Shown here piece by piece: positions 1 to 13,509 of a stretch of DNA of 64,000 bases. The notes beneath the pieces were generated by a model that was not told the DNA's origin, did not search any database, and saw nothing but the letters and a program-made list of their open reading frames with translations. The translations under genes and the position numbers were made by a program. This stretch comes from Octopus vulgaris. Its lineage: Eukaryota. The stretch's first letter is position 1. Each line of letters starts with the position of its first letter. The DNA is taken from the NCBI GenBank assembly GCA_951406725.2, contig OX597815.1, positions 148,862,001 to 148,926,000 of the forward strand, read 5' to 3'.

Positions 1-59
1 TTGTACCAGCTGCTCCTCTGCACCGCCTGTACCCAGGTCACTACCACTTAGCAACCCCA

Positions 60-310
60 TGGGCAGTACCTCTAATTACAAATTACCAATGCTCACCAAT
101 CCATAACACATAAAAACACTGCAACACAGTTTGTTTTCTGCAACAGGCCCTGCCCTATTTAGCATTGTCCCGAAAGAGATCAAATAGGGAAAGAATAGCA
201 TTACGCTTAAATGGAATTCGGACAAATTTCTTCAAAGAAGACAAGGTATCCACATATATCTGGATACAACTCACTTAATAAGAACTCTCTACTCCAATGG
301 ACTCTGATAT
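60..310 (+). mobile_element. Degraded 3' end of a CR1-clade LINE ORF2
   Basis: Translates to HIKTLQHSLFSATGPALFSIVPKEIK* ... DKFLQ ... P.ISGYNSLNKNSLLQW. This parallels the GPxLFxxLP / LDxFL / NSL C-terminal pattern of the CR1-like fragments at 12665 and 23965. Confidence 0.6.
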
Positions 311-646
311 CACAAAACTTGATATCAGATTGTGCAGTTAAGTTAGACAAGACCTGGAGAAATCTTTGGCCGTTCTATATATCTCAATTTTTAGTTGCCT
401 GTATGTTTTTTAACTTCTGTGTTATTTTTTTATATATGCATTCGTTATATGTTAAAGGCTATGGTAATATTTATATATAATCAAATGATTGTAGGCGTGA
501 TGTTATATAAAGTCGTTCATTATAGAAGTGCTTAGTAGGGGTTATTTCTCTTAAATATATACATATATATATTGTGAAATCTGATTTAGAATTGCTAAAA
601 TGAATTTTTCCCGGTAAGTTTGGAATTATATTCCCTACTGTTATGA

Positions 647-708
<62 letters not shown>

Positions 709-1263
709 TATATAAATGCATACAAAGAAACTCGGGCACATGCACACACATATATACTTGCATGCATATACTCACATACACATATATTTATGCTGCTGAG
801 CATGTGAGCATCTTACGTTAATTGTTTTTTCTCGCATGATAAAAGAGATTTATTCTCACCAATCATTATCAATTTTGAGTTTTGGTACTGATACCAATAT
901 TCTCAGTGCAGAAAATATGTTTTGCATCGTGTTGAAGTAAATTTACCGTCTTATAATTTACTTCCCAATGCAAATTTTCAACAATTAAATCGTTTTAGAA
1001 AATCAACTGGAACTCTTGCTGTGACTTATGGAGGAAATATAAAAATTCCATTAATTGTCCTAATTAAACTATTTTGTATATGCACACGTGTGTGTGCGAG
1101 CCCGCGTCTCTGTCTCTGTGTGTATGTATGTATTCCGTAGATTGTGGTCATTAGGTCGTCCCATGTGTGCACGCGGATGAGGGTAGCGGTTTGAAATTAT
1201 GATATTATGTGCATATAATTAATGGATCTCTTACTTCTGAAACATATGTTACGCCTTGTTACG

Positions 1264-1317
<54 letters not shown>

Positions 1318-3242
1318 TAGCAATATTATACACACACGCGTCTTTGCTAGTATATAGGCAGTGAAGCTATACAATAGCGTCGTATTTATTACGATTGCTA
1401 TTTTCCAGTAAATATTGGTGCCTTGTTGTACCATTTATCTACTTATATATATATATATAAGCATATGTAAACACTATCGCCCGCACAAACTCAACATATA
1501 AGTTCTATTTCTTCACCGATTCGCTGTTTACATGTTTTTAGGGAGGATTCCATTGTAGCGGAGGCCATTAAAACACCTAAACGTGAGGATCGATGATATC
1601 GATATTTCCCCATTTTTGTGGCTTATCGACATCAGGTATATTAACCGAACCTGGGTGTTAGAAAATTGCCAATTTTGACTGTATATAAATAGTCTAAACA
1701 CTCAGACTACATGAGAGCCTATATTAGAAGGGATTAGAATTATTATTGTAGTTTCATTTGCTATTGCTGTTTTTGTTATTGTTGTTCTTGTTGTCGCCGT
1801 CGTTGTTTTTAGTCTTATTTGTATTTGTATAAAAACGTCATAAAACGATGTCCCGCAGATACAAACCTGCGCTTACAGAGATTGTCACATTGATCACAAG
1901 TCACATATCACATATTCTTTCGACTGTGTTAATTGAATTTCTCCTATTTTGTCTTATTTGAAATCATGTATGCGAATATATATTTATGAATATGGATACT
2001 GGTAAAACTATATAAAAGAAAACAATTTGCCGTAAACAAAATTATTGTCTTGTCTGCGGATGCTAGAATCTTTGTCTCTCTTCGTTGTGCACATGTGTTT
2101 ATGTGAAATAAATTTTCCATCAAAGATTTTACTGTAAATACATTTCTTTCATAGAGTTTAATAGTTCTCATTAACGATATTTCTTATGTTCTTCTTTATT
2201 TGTTGTGTTATGTTTCGAACATTAAATTCTCAACGCCTTGTCATTCTGCAAGAATGCCTTATACTTGAATTCAATATTCGTTTCTTCTTTTTAATTTTGT
2301 TCTCATATTTTGCACCTAGGGGACCAGACAAATATATTAATGTGTTTAACGCTGTCACCAGATTTAATGTGCGTTCATTTGCTCAATGTTACTTCCAGTA
2401 ATTATAGTATTTTTCGTTCTTTGTATGTTTTTGTATATGATACTTAATGTAGATTTATCAATCATTTCTACAGCTTTATTTCTTCTTGTATTTTATACCT
2501 ATCACAATTATTGTGATGAAATGCATGCCACCTAGAATGTTTTTCCCTTTGAATGTCTATATTGTGATACTTTTTCAAGCACTCTTTGTTTTCCTGAAAT
2601 TGATAGAAGTAACGTATAATTATACTTGATGACACAGTAGAAACTAAGAAGTTTGCAGCTGCAAAATTTCGATTAATTTCTTAATATTATTTTGTCGATA
2701 TGATGCATTGTACATTATGTGACACCATGTTCATGATGTGATGTTGATAAAATTTTAAGTAAGCCCTGCTAGAGATTGAATCAAGGATATTTATTACTCT
2801 TAGTTAAAATTCTTCTTCAATTCTGTACTGTAAAGTATAATGGATACACAGTCGAGGCGTCAGAGTACCTGTGGAACTTTATAATAGATTTCATTTGACC
2901 CGCGTTCGCCAATCGAATTTTCCGTAGCAAACAACGCTGGTCTACGAAAATCTTTCTATGACAGCAACGTTAAAGATTTGTGGGAAGAAAGAAAGTGAAA
3001 TATTGAAAGCACAAATGAGTAAATGAGTAAAAGTTAAATATTTAATGATTTTCAGTCTCAGACTAATTTGAGAGTAAATGAGCCGTTGCAACCAATAAAC
3101 GTCAGGCAGAAGCATTTGTGTGATGATGGCTGGAACGAACACACGAATTATAAATTATGGTTGAGCGAAACCAGTTTCCAGTGAAGATATATATATATAT
3201 ATATATAATGTGTTTGTATGTATGTATATATACATATGTATG

Positions 3243-3293
<51 letters not shown>

Positions 3294-3374
3294 GCATATA
3301 TATATATGTACCTTACACACACACACACACACACACACTTGATGTAATACATGTCCTTGAGGTAGTAATTGTGC

Positions 3375-3450
3375 GCGGCTGAAGAAGGCCTTAGACACAT
3401 TATGCATTGTTATAAATCCGTCTAATAAAGGCCCGAAACATATGTACCGC
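3375..3450 (+). ncRNA. Type I hammerhead ribozyme (Penelope-type), apparently intact
   Basis: GCGG-CTGAAGA-A-GGCCTT.AGAC...GTCT.AATA.AAGGCC-C-GAAAC-ATAT-GTA^CCGC. Shows stem I GCGG/CCGC, CUGANGA core, stem II GGCCUU/AAGGCC, GAAA, palindromic stem III ACAUAUGU and a GUA cleavage triplet ending at 3446. Confidence 0.75.
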
Positions 3451-3480
3451 TGAATCCTTGGCATCGTGTTTTTATTTTGA

Positions 3481-3527
<47 letters not shown>

Positions 3528-3532
<5 letters not shown>

Positions 3533-3776
3533 AATCAAGGAACGGCCATAATAGGCCATTCACCCACTAGAAATAACAGCCAAAAGCTTCAACCGCAAAA
3601 TAACATCAATTCCGTAAACCAGGAGAAAATTAAAAACCATTTACCCTGTAAATTTACCCTGTAAATTTTTTTAATTTTCTCCTGGTTTACGGAATTGATG
3701 TTATTTTGCGGTTGAAGCTTTTGGCTGTTATTTCTAGTGGGTGAATGGCCTATTATGGCCGTTCCTTGATTGTGAT
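3528..3776. repeat. Perfect 109-bp inverted repeat with 31-bp spacer
   Basis: 3528-3636 is the reverse complement of 3668-3776. Spacer is ccatttaccctgtaaatttaccctgtaaatt. Confidence 0.95.
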
Positions 3777-4655
3777 GTTGAACTTAAAAATGGTTTATGA
3801 CTATTTATATTTTTTCCCACTAGGCCGCTGGTGGCAAAAGAATTCTACAAAATTTTTTTTGCCACCCTATATTGATTAATTATATATATATATATATTAT
3901 AAAACAAATGAAAGACAGAAGATGGAATATACGAGAATATATTTTTAATCACAACAATTGTTTCGACACATCTAGCATCGACTCCTCTTAGGGGACACCC
4001 CAAAACTGGTTCAGGAGTATACGCTGCTGCAGACGTATCTCGTCGGCTGATAAATAAATTTTTTTTAAAACTCGTTAAAGTGACTGTTCCATAATGCAAC
4101 TTTACGTTTTGTAGAGTGAAAAACAGCCAGATGGAGGAAAGTTCTTCATATATATAGAAGATCCAAAAATAAAATTACAGAAGACTAAAAGAGAAATGAA
4201 CACTTAATCCACTTAAGGAAAGTATTTAAAATAACCGTTAACAGATATGGATGTATAAGTGCCCTCGGGCAAGCTGCATGGCACAAGCACAAACAAGGAC
4301 AGATAAACGGATTAATTATTCAATGTCTATGCGTATTTTAATTTACTTATTTTTCTCCCGATATAAGCCCCACCACCCAAGAACAAAACACAATGTCTGG
4401 AAGAGACAGAATTTAAAGGAGCACCTTTGATGCAAGCCTGATTAAGTAGCACTCTAATGTTTAAAAATGAAAAGATTACGTAAATGTTCAATTTGAATTT
4501 TTGCATTACTTGGCGTAGCAAGAGGCATTGGTGCGATCTACGTTGGCGTTATGATTTCCCCCAGTCGAAATTACACAATTTGTTTTTCTTTCGTTTTGAT
4601 CATTAAAGATTTGTTAAATAGTTTCTTTGTCTTCTTAATATTTAGATTACACATA

Positions 4656-5056
4656 AGGCGGCGAGCTGGCAGAAACGTTAGCACACCGGACGAAAGGCGT
4701 AGCCGTATTTCGTCTGCCGTTACGTTCTGAGTTCAATTTCCGCCGAAGTTGACTCTGCCTTTCATCCTTTCGGTGTCGATAAATTAAGTACCAGTTTACA
4801 CAATGGAGTCGATATAATCGACTTAATCCGGTAATCTGTCCTTGTCTGTCCTCTCTGTGTTTAGCCCCTTGTGGGTAGGAAAGAAATACGTATTTCATCT
4901 GTCATTACGTTCTGATTTCAAATTCCGAAGAGGTCGACTTTGCCTTTCAAATTTTCACGTCGATAAATTAAGTACCAGTGGCGAACTGGTGTTGATCTAA
5001 TCAACTGGCTCCATCCTCCAGGATTGCCGGCCTTGTGCCTAGAGTAGAAAAGAATA
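4656..5056 (+). mobile_element. SINE family A (aggcggcgagctggcagaaacgttagc... head), with internally duplicated body
   Basis: Same head and body (gttctgagttcaaattccgccgaggtcgactttgcctttcatcctttcggggtcgataaattaagtaccag) recur at 5165, 9125, 32381, 37760 and 45172. Confidence 0.85.
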
Positions 5057-5164
5057 CAATATTAGGATTACGCACACACACACACACATACGCGCGTAGC
5101 TGTGTGGTGAGAAGCTCCCTGAACACATGATTCCGCGTTCAAGTCCCACTGCGTGGTTCCTTCG

Positions 5165-5410
5165 ATATTACCGAATTAATCCGTTTGTCTGTCCTTGTTT
5201 GTCCTCTCTGTGTTTAGTCCCTTGTGGATAGTAAAGACATGGGTATTTCGTCTGCCGTTACGTTCTGAATTGAAATTCCGCCGAGGTCGACTTTGCCTTT
5301 CATCTTTTCGGAGTCGATAATTTAAATTCTAGTTTCGTGCAGGGGTCGATCTAATCGACTGCCTCCCCCCACCCACACAAAAAAAATGTCGGTCCTTATA
5401 GAAAAGAATA
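5165..5410 (+). mobile_element. SINE family A, partial
   Basis: Near-identical to 4815-5056. Confidence 0.8.
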
Positions 5411-5523
5411 TTGCTAGTATTTTCTCTCCCATTGATATCACGTGGTTTTCTTGCGGAGATGAATAGTATTAAGCATAAATTCCTAGCTACATGAATATAA
5501 ACATATGTGCGTGCTTGTGTATG

Positions 5524-5740
5524 TTACTCTTTTACTCTCATATTTGTTTCAGCTATTTGATTGCGCCCATGATGGAGCACAGCTGTTAGTCGAACGAATC
5601 GACGCCATAACATATTCTTTGTAAGCCTACTAATTGTTATATCCGTCTCTGTTGCCGAAATGCCAAGTTACGTGGACGTAAACACACCATCTGTTGTCAA
5701 GCGAGGGTGGAGGGACAAATACAGACACACAAACATAAAC

Positions 5741-5800
<60 letters not shown>

Positions 5801-5950
5801 GAATATATGTACACTAAATCCACTCACAAATCTTTGGTCAGCCTGAGGCTATAGTAGAAACCACTCGCTCAAGGTGCTGCGCAGTAGGACTGACCTCGGA
5901 ACCATGTGGTTTGCAAGCAAGGTTCTTACCAGAGAGCCATGTCTACGCCT
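5524..5950 (-). mobile_element. SINE family B (tRNA-like head, internal microsatellite, CR1-like tail)
   Basis: Reverse complement of the copy at 21853-22270. Confidence 0.8.
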
Positions 5951-6774
5951 ATGTTATGTTATACATAATTTTTTCACACTCTAAAACACGTATAAGCGCA
6001 GAGTGTTCAAAAATCTAGCCGCAATGAATGTTATCTACTCTGTGAATCACCATTGCGCTTCTTCAAGAATTTTTCGGTGAACAGATTATTTGGAAGGGAA
6101 TTTCTGAGTTGTATGTAAACTATTCATAAAAAGCATGCAGCATCTCACATAAGATCTGCGTTGTTGTTATTATGTCCCCTAGTTGCAATTATATGAGATA
6201 CTTTTTCTTCCGTCTTAATCCATCTAATGATAACAAACATATTTTCTATACACATATACGTGCAACAGATCCTTGTATATCAGAGACACGTGCCTCAATA
6301 CAAAAAATATTGCAAGAGGCTACTTAGAACATGCGTTCATTTATTTATTTATTTATCTATTTCAGCTTTCGACCTGTCAGTTGTGTGTTGTGTGTATTTG
6401 TGTGTGGGGGTTGGGGAGGCTGATGAAATATATTTATTTTGACTGATCTGGTAGTCACTTATTCTGCAGTTTACATGCGGCTGGTTTTGATAAGAAACAC
6501 AGCATACACGCCATCACTTTCAAAATGCGCGCATATACACGCATGCTTTCACACAAATAATAACACAGAAACTTCACTCATAGCCCTATATGTTACTCAT
6601 ATACATACATACATTAACATAAATACATAAATTTGCTTACATTTCCCAATTCATACACGTACTTACGTCATATCTCATCACTTAAATTTGTCTTCCCAAT
6701 CTATATGCATACAGTAATCATAATAACACTTAAAGAGATGTACGTTAGCACACATCCTCGGGGATGTGATAGAC

Positions 6775-7043
6775 CACATAGCCTTGTGGTTAGAGCAGCG
6801 GAGTAGTGGTCGAGAAATCGCGGGTTCGGATCTCAGACAGGGCGGTGAGTGTTTTTATGAGTGAAACACGTAAATTACACGGGACTCTTTCGCCACAACT
6901 CTCTCTCACTCTTTCCTCCTGCATCTAGTAGCTCACCAGCGACGGACCACGTCCCGTCCAGGTGGGGGAGCCTATGCGCCAAGAAAACCGGGAAAGTGGC
7001 CCTCGTGAGTCAGGCATGACTCGAGAAGGAACAAACAAATAAC
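6775..7043 (+). mobile_element. tRNA-derived SINE (third family)
   Basis: A-box-like tagccttgtggttagagc and B-box-like gggttcggatctc, GC-rich body (gcgacggaccacgtcccgtccaggtgggg), short aacaaacaaa tail. Confidence 0.65.
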
Positions 7044-7347
7044 GCAAGTACGTACACGCACACACAAAAACACGCGCACACACATGCCAGATTCACTTTC
7101 TCCTCTTCAAGCTTAAGACTTAAGTGACCTCTTAACAACTTCATCTCGTTCACAGTGGCATGAATGTTTGCTACAATTACGGGTCTCTTTCTGCAACTTT
7201 CCTGCTACATTCTCCATCTCTATTCTGTATTTCAGAAGAAGAATCTATGCACAAAATCTTAAAGGTATTTCTTTTTTTCCTTTTCCTTTCCCTTTCTCTG
7301 TTTTTTACATTCCTGGGTGTCAAAACACACCGTGCATCTATTTCCAA

Positions 7348-7397
<50 letters not shown>

Positions 7398-7689
7398 ACG
7401 TGTGTGTGTGTGTATATACAATATATATACACACACATATATATATATATATACACATCTACACATCCACACGCATTAAATCACTAGCCCCATATCCATA
7501 CACATACACTTACGCATTCTCACATACACCAACCCGCGGGCACCTTTGTTTTGGGATCACGAACACTTTATTTTCTGCCTTTCTTTCTACCTCTCCTGTC
7601 AAACTTTTTATTTTTTGCCCAACCAATCACCATGCTTGAACGCTCTATCCACATTCTTTTTTTGTTTATTCTCTCTATCTCTCTTTTTA

Positions 7690-7830
7690 TTTTGTCATTC
7701 CTTTCTGTTGAAGGGCGAAGCTCGAAGCGTTAAAGGACTTTCTCATTTTCTCTGGTATCAAATTTATACACCTGCTTATTGTTCATACACCTGTTTTAGT
7801 CTTTTGTTTTTCTGTAAATTTCAACTGTCT
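7690..7830 (+). mobile_element. Penelope pLTR-like short element with variant hammerhead core (family H2)
   Basis: CCTTT-CTGTTGA-A-GGGC-GAA-GCTC-GAAGC-GTT-AAAGG at 7700-7736. Homologous to 24289-24420 (+) and 17995-18125 (-). Ends in (TA)n. Confidence 0.6.
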
Positions 7831-7926
7831 ATATATATATATATATATATATGCATTCATACATACACGCACGCACATACACATACACACACATATAGAG
7901 ATAAATAGACATATTGATAGGTGGAT

Positions 7927-8019
<93 letters not shown>

Positions 8020-8040
8020 AATAGATAGATAGATAGATAT

Positions 8041-8096
<56 letters not shown>

Positions 8097-8914
8097 GTAT
8101 ACATATATAGTGCATATATGTATCTGCGTGTGTATTTGTGTATGTGTGTGCATGTGTGTGTGTGCTTGTGTGTTCATGCGGGTTAGGAAAATTTAGTATT
8201 CATTCTTTCTGTTGATATTTTATCGGATTCCTTCATTATATTTGTCATGGCTCATTTGGGCCATTTATTTTCCTACGTGAATTATCATTTTATCTTTCTA
8301 TAATATGTTCTCATTGAAATGCTTCTACTATTCATTGTAGTCACATTCTTTATAATGCCTGTTCTGGGATTTGGTGGGATAAACGACGACGTGATAATAT
8401 TCCTTAACTGCTTTTAAATTGTTCAGTTGATAACTGCAGTTTGAATTCATATTTTCTTTCGTTTGTAAAAAGCAAAATACTGTAAAGACTAAATTTTGGA
8501 TCTACCGAAGGCGTATAAGTTATATTAATATGCAAATATGTTGAAATGATTTAATACACACCACTCAATTTCAAGCACCAATCCCGAGTTCGATTCCAGG
8601 TAGTGACCTGAATAATAATAATAATGATAATAGTACCAAACCACTCAAAGGGTTACATTACGCAATAGTAAGTGTTATAGGCTTTCTATATTGACCTGCT
8701 AGAAATAGTAATGGACATTTTGAATCTACGAAAATAAAATTCTAGCTTTGTTTATTAAAAGTCATGAAACAAATTCCGCAAGACACACAAATACACACAC
8801 AAAAAGAAAACATATACACATGTACAGAAGCACTGACATGCGTTCACATGCACACCAACGCTTATGTAGGATGATAATGTTTTCAAAGAATGTATTTTCT
8901 GCCTATTTCATCAT

Positions 8915-9558
8915 TCGTACATAAATATTCTGTCATATCTTACTGATTCAGATGCTTACACCCACATTCAGTATGCGCCATGTGTGTGAAATAACTCCTC
9001 GAGTCACTGAGTCTGCAATCTTATTCATTGTGTTTTGTTTTGTTTTTTGTTTCTTTTTATCTCGTTTTTTTACCTCGTGGCTACCATGTTCTCAAATTAA
9101 TATACCTTGCAAATATTCATTTCTACTCAAACTACAAGGCCTAACATTTTAGGGGATGGGAACAGTCGAATAGATTGTTTCAATTCGCAACTGGTACTTA
9201 ATTTATCGACCCCGAAATGATGAAAGGCACAGCCGAGCCCGGCGGGATTTGAACTCAGAACGTAAAGACATATGAAATAATGCTAAGCATTTCGCTCGGC
9301 GTGACAATATTTCTGCCAGCTCGCTTCCGCCTAATCGAAAATTCGTTACATAAATATTCTATAATATCTTACTGCTTCAGATGCCTAGAGACACGGTCAG
9401 TATGTGCCTTGTGTATGAAATAAATGCTCGAGCAATTGAGTCTGCAATCTTATTCATAATGTTACTTTTGGTTTTTGTTTTATTAATTTTTTTGTACTTC
9501 CCGCAGATCTTGGTTTCCATAACCACCTTGCTCTTAGATTAATAGAGCTTGAAAATAT
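8915..9558. repeat. Diverged ~200-bp direct duplication (8915-9117 / 9342-9558) separated by a SINE
   Basis: Both copies read ...acataaatattct...atcttactg.ttcagatgc...gagtctgcaatcttattcat... Confidence 0.8.
9125..9332 (-). mobile_element. SINE family A
   Basis: Reverse complement of the family A head and body. Confidence 0.8.
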
Positions 9559-9684
9559 GGAAAAGAATTACGAGATTAGCGATTATATTTATTGCAAAAG
9601 GTATTGCCATAATTACATTGGATAGGAGACGTGCTTAGAGGATAGGCTGTAAGTATTTAAATTTTATATTTATTCTTACATTCA

Positions 9685-9996
9685 AAATAAAGAATATTCC
9701 CCTTAAACAGTTGTCCCTGTTTCATCTACTCCGTGTTACGAAAGTAAGGACAATACGTGACTCCGTTCAAACAGTCCTTCCCGGAAAGCAAATTAAATAT
9801 AATTTGGGATATTTTGCGGACAGTGAAAGTGGTAACAAGAACAGGACAGTGAGAAGATGACTATGTTGCATGTCTTGTTTCTCTGTTTGTTTGTTTATTT
9901 GTTCGAAAAAAATTACGTTTTCTGTTTTTTTATGTGTTCGTTTCTCATTGTGTTCAAGGTTTTTTTATTTGATATCCGTACCCATATATGAATGTG

Positions 9997-10060
<64 letters not shown>

Positions 10061-10838
10061 GGTATGAACGTATATTTATGTATATATGCATATATTTATA
10101 TATTATTTATAATATTATATGATCGAACGCCAAGCTTTTTTTTCCAAGTAAGTTTTATGTTAATAATTATGATGCGTACTCTTATATATCTACTATTTCT
10201 TCTCTGTCTATCTATCTATCTACCTCTCTTGTTCTTCATCCTTTCCAGTTTTCTCTCCTACCCTTCCATATTCTTCTCCTCTCCTCTGCATCGTTCCCTC
10301 TCTCTCACTCTCCCTCCTTGACTCTGTCGTCGCTGACACGAGAGGGAATCAATATTTCTGTCCATTTCCCTCCTAAAAACAAGACATGCTTATACCCGTC
10401 TCCTTTCGTAGTCCGTCCTCCTAGCGTTCAGAATAATTTTTCTATCGTCTTGGCTTAACAGCCCCCATCATTTGTTTTTACTGTCTTGCTCTCAGTGACC
10501 TTTTCCTGTTACCACTTTCACCCTCCGCAAAAGTTCCCAAATTCTATTTAATTTGCTTTACGGGAAGGATTGTTTCAACGTATTGACCTTACCTTCGAAA
10601 CGTGGAGTAGATAAAACAGGGACAACTGAGGAAGGGGAATATTATTTATGTTGCATGCCTCGTTTCCGTTCCTCATTGTGTTCAACGTATTTTTATGGTC
10701 TGTACCCATATATGCATGTATATATATACATATATATGTAGGTATGTACATATATGTATGAATAAGTGCATATATTTATGTATTATTTATATTATTAAAT
10801 AATCGAACGCAACGCATGTTTTCCAAGTAAATTCTATC
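9685..10838 (+). mobile_element. Non-coding element with Penelope-style partial tandem repeat and 5' inversion
   Basis: 9685-9861 is an inverted copy of 10483-10650. 9862-10160 is a direct copy of 10647-10838. Ends in (TA)n. Confidence 0.6.
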
Positions 10839-10889
10839 TATATATACATATATATATATATATATACATACTTATATATATATATATAT

Positions 10890-10928
<39 letters not shown>

Positions 10929-10959
10929 CAAAATTCTCATATGTATATATGTGTGTGTG

Positions 10960-11150
10960 TATGACAGCATGCTTGTGTGTCTGTGTCTCCCCCCCCAAAC
11001 ATCGCCTGACAACCTTTTCGGCAAAAACACCGATAGGATAAGTATTGTGCTTGCAAATAATATGTTCTGGGGTTCATTCGCTCGAATAAAGGCGGTGCTC
11101 CAGCGCGGCCGTAATTAAATGACTGAAACAAATATCAGAATAAAAGAATA
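10960..11150 (+). mobile_element. SINE family B, 3' half
   Basis: ggcggtgctccagcgcggccgtaattaaatgactgaaac tail. Confidence 0.75.
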
Positions 11151-11964
11151 TATTGAAAGAGTGAGAGATGTGTACGCACGCTTGCAAGCATTTGTATGTA
11201 TGTACCTGGAATGATATGTGTATAGACGAAAATAAAAAGAAGAATGGGATGGAATACAAAAAGTATGTTATACATATTCGTTTTCATGTATTCCTTATAT
11301 TCGAAAGAAATTATCTTTTAAATATGTCAAATCGTTAAAATTTGAAATTATCCTAAAATTAATCGAAGAAATATTGAACGCTACTTCCCTAGAGATTCCT
11401 CACATATATATACACATTGACATCCAAATGTACACAGACACATTCATATGTGTCGGATAATCTATAAAGTTTAATCTGCAATATATAAATGTCTTTGCCA
11501 AGTTTGGTGCTTTTACATTTCAGCCACTTATGAATACATTTAGCTGCCAACTTCTAAGCACATAGTAAACGTCATTCCCAAATTATGTCGGACTGGTAAA
11601 ATTTAATTTCGTCTTAGAAATTGCTCATGATTCCACAATATACGTTAGAAATAGAATTGCATTCCATGCAAACACACAGCTGCAATCAAAAGAATTGAAG
11701 TAGATTCATTCATTAACAAATATTATTTTTGCCACAGCTCTAGAGCTACTATGGCCATTCACAAGCGAAAATTAAAACTGTACTATAATATTAATAGCTT
11801 TTTTTTTTCTAAAACTATATTCTAGATTTGACATAGATAGGAAAGAGATGTACCCAGAATATGTGAGACTATTACTTATAGTGATCTAATTTTAATTTCT
11901 TGTAATGCAGACAATATCTCTACTCCAAAATACCAAGTGCTATAGAATAATCATATCATAGAAG

Positions 11965-12005
<41 letters not shown>

Positions 12006-12664
12006 ACAAAGTTGAGTTGTAACTTTATCAGATTTTTATGTTATTTTGCATTGATGTAAAATTTAAACTTGCAATATATTCGTATATCAGGTAATATCAT
12101 TATCTGTTCGGAATTTAAATTCGTAATGAAATTTATATAACGTCTATCGTATAATATAAATTGAATAAATTTTATTGAAACCAAATTAAACATGTGAAGA
12201 GATGAATAATTTCAATGTATTTCAACAAATTTTGAGTAGATTTGTATATTCACCAAAAGAATTATGAACACATACTCACAGGAAATGAATTTCAATTATA
12301 TAGCATTATATTATTTGTTGGAACACTTCCATTGATTTACATATACGTGCATATATAATGTTATATTATTATACATAATATATAATAAACAATATAATGA
12401 TTTTGTTTTCATTGTCACATTTCACTACAGGTAACGTATTGTTGAAGAAAAATCATTTGTTAAAAGGTAATTTGAAACGACTAAATACTCTCTATACAAA
12501 GAAAATCGCCATTAGTATATGTTACAAAGAAAGGAGTAAAATAGTGAATGTCAGAGAATAGCTTAATAGAATACACTCATTAATTGGACACACAATCTAG
12601 GTTTCGTGGGCAGAAATGTTATCGCGCCGGGTGAAATGCTTAGAGGTATTTCGTCTGTCTTTTC

Positions 12665-13050
12665 TGCGCCACTGCATAGTGCCATGGACTCCGAATTTGC
12701 CATCAAGATGTAGGACAAGGTACAGCAGTAGCCTGGTCTTCAGAGGTCCATACCTCTTCCGTATTCTCCCGAAGGACCTGAGAGAAGTGCATGGGGTGGG
12801 TGTAGGTTTCTTCAAGATAAAGCTGGACCTCTTCCTGTCAGGTGTCCCAGATGAACCAACTTCGTGAGAGGAGGTGCAGATGAGGGCATCTGCATCAAAC
12901 TCTCTCATGTCCCATGTCAATTCCTAAAAATCATGTCAATTCCTAAAAATCATTCGTGAAGTAAAATTATGCTGCAGCACCAAATGGCTGTGCCACAGCA
13001 TGGTCACAACTCCTGAGCTGAAACTAGATAAAATAAAAAATAATAAAAAT
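12665..13050 (+). mobile_element. CR1-like LINE 3' end (ORF2 C-terminus + 3'UTR)
   Basis: PSRCRTRYSSSLVFRGPYLFRILPKDLREVHGVGVGFFKIKLDLFLSGVPDEPTS, then a 3'UTR ending gagctgaaactag and an A-rich tail. Homologous to 23965-24283. Confidence 0.75.
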
Positions 13051-13330
13051 GTTGCTAAGCCTTTGGGAAAAATATGAAGGATAACCTAATCATGTGTTTG
13101 GAAAAAGAAAAACCGAACACAATAGCAGCAAGGAGATAATCTCTGTATATTTAGATATTTGGCGATAAAGAACTATTATTACCAGCACTCATCTCTTTAT
13201 CTATTTGTCTACATGCGTGTATGTGCGCGCACATGTATATAAGCATAATTATATTCGCACATATATATGCATCATATTTTCATATGTATCTATAAACAAA
13301 CTTAGCACTCAAAATACGGACACACACACG

Positions 13331-13436
<106 letters not shown>

Positions 13437-13453
13437 CATACATGTATATATAT

Positions 13454-13509
<56 letters not shown>

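Noticed and set aside
3358-3378. let-7-like sequence TGAGGTAGTAATTGTGCG
   Set aside because: No complementary star arm. The downstream sequence is explained by the hammerhead fold.
3641-3665. miR-10-like TACCCTGTA
   Set aside because: Lies in the spacer of the inverted repeat, not in a stem. Only the seed matches.
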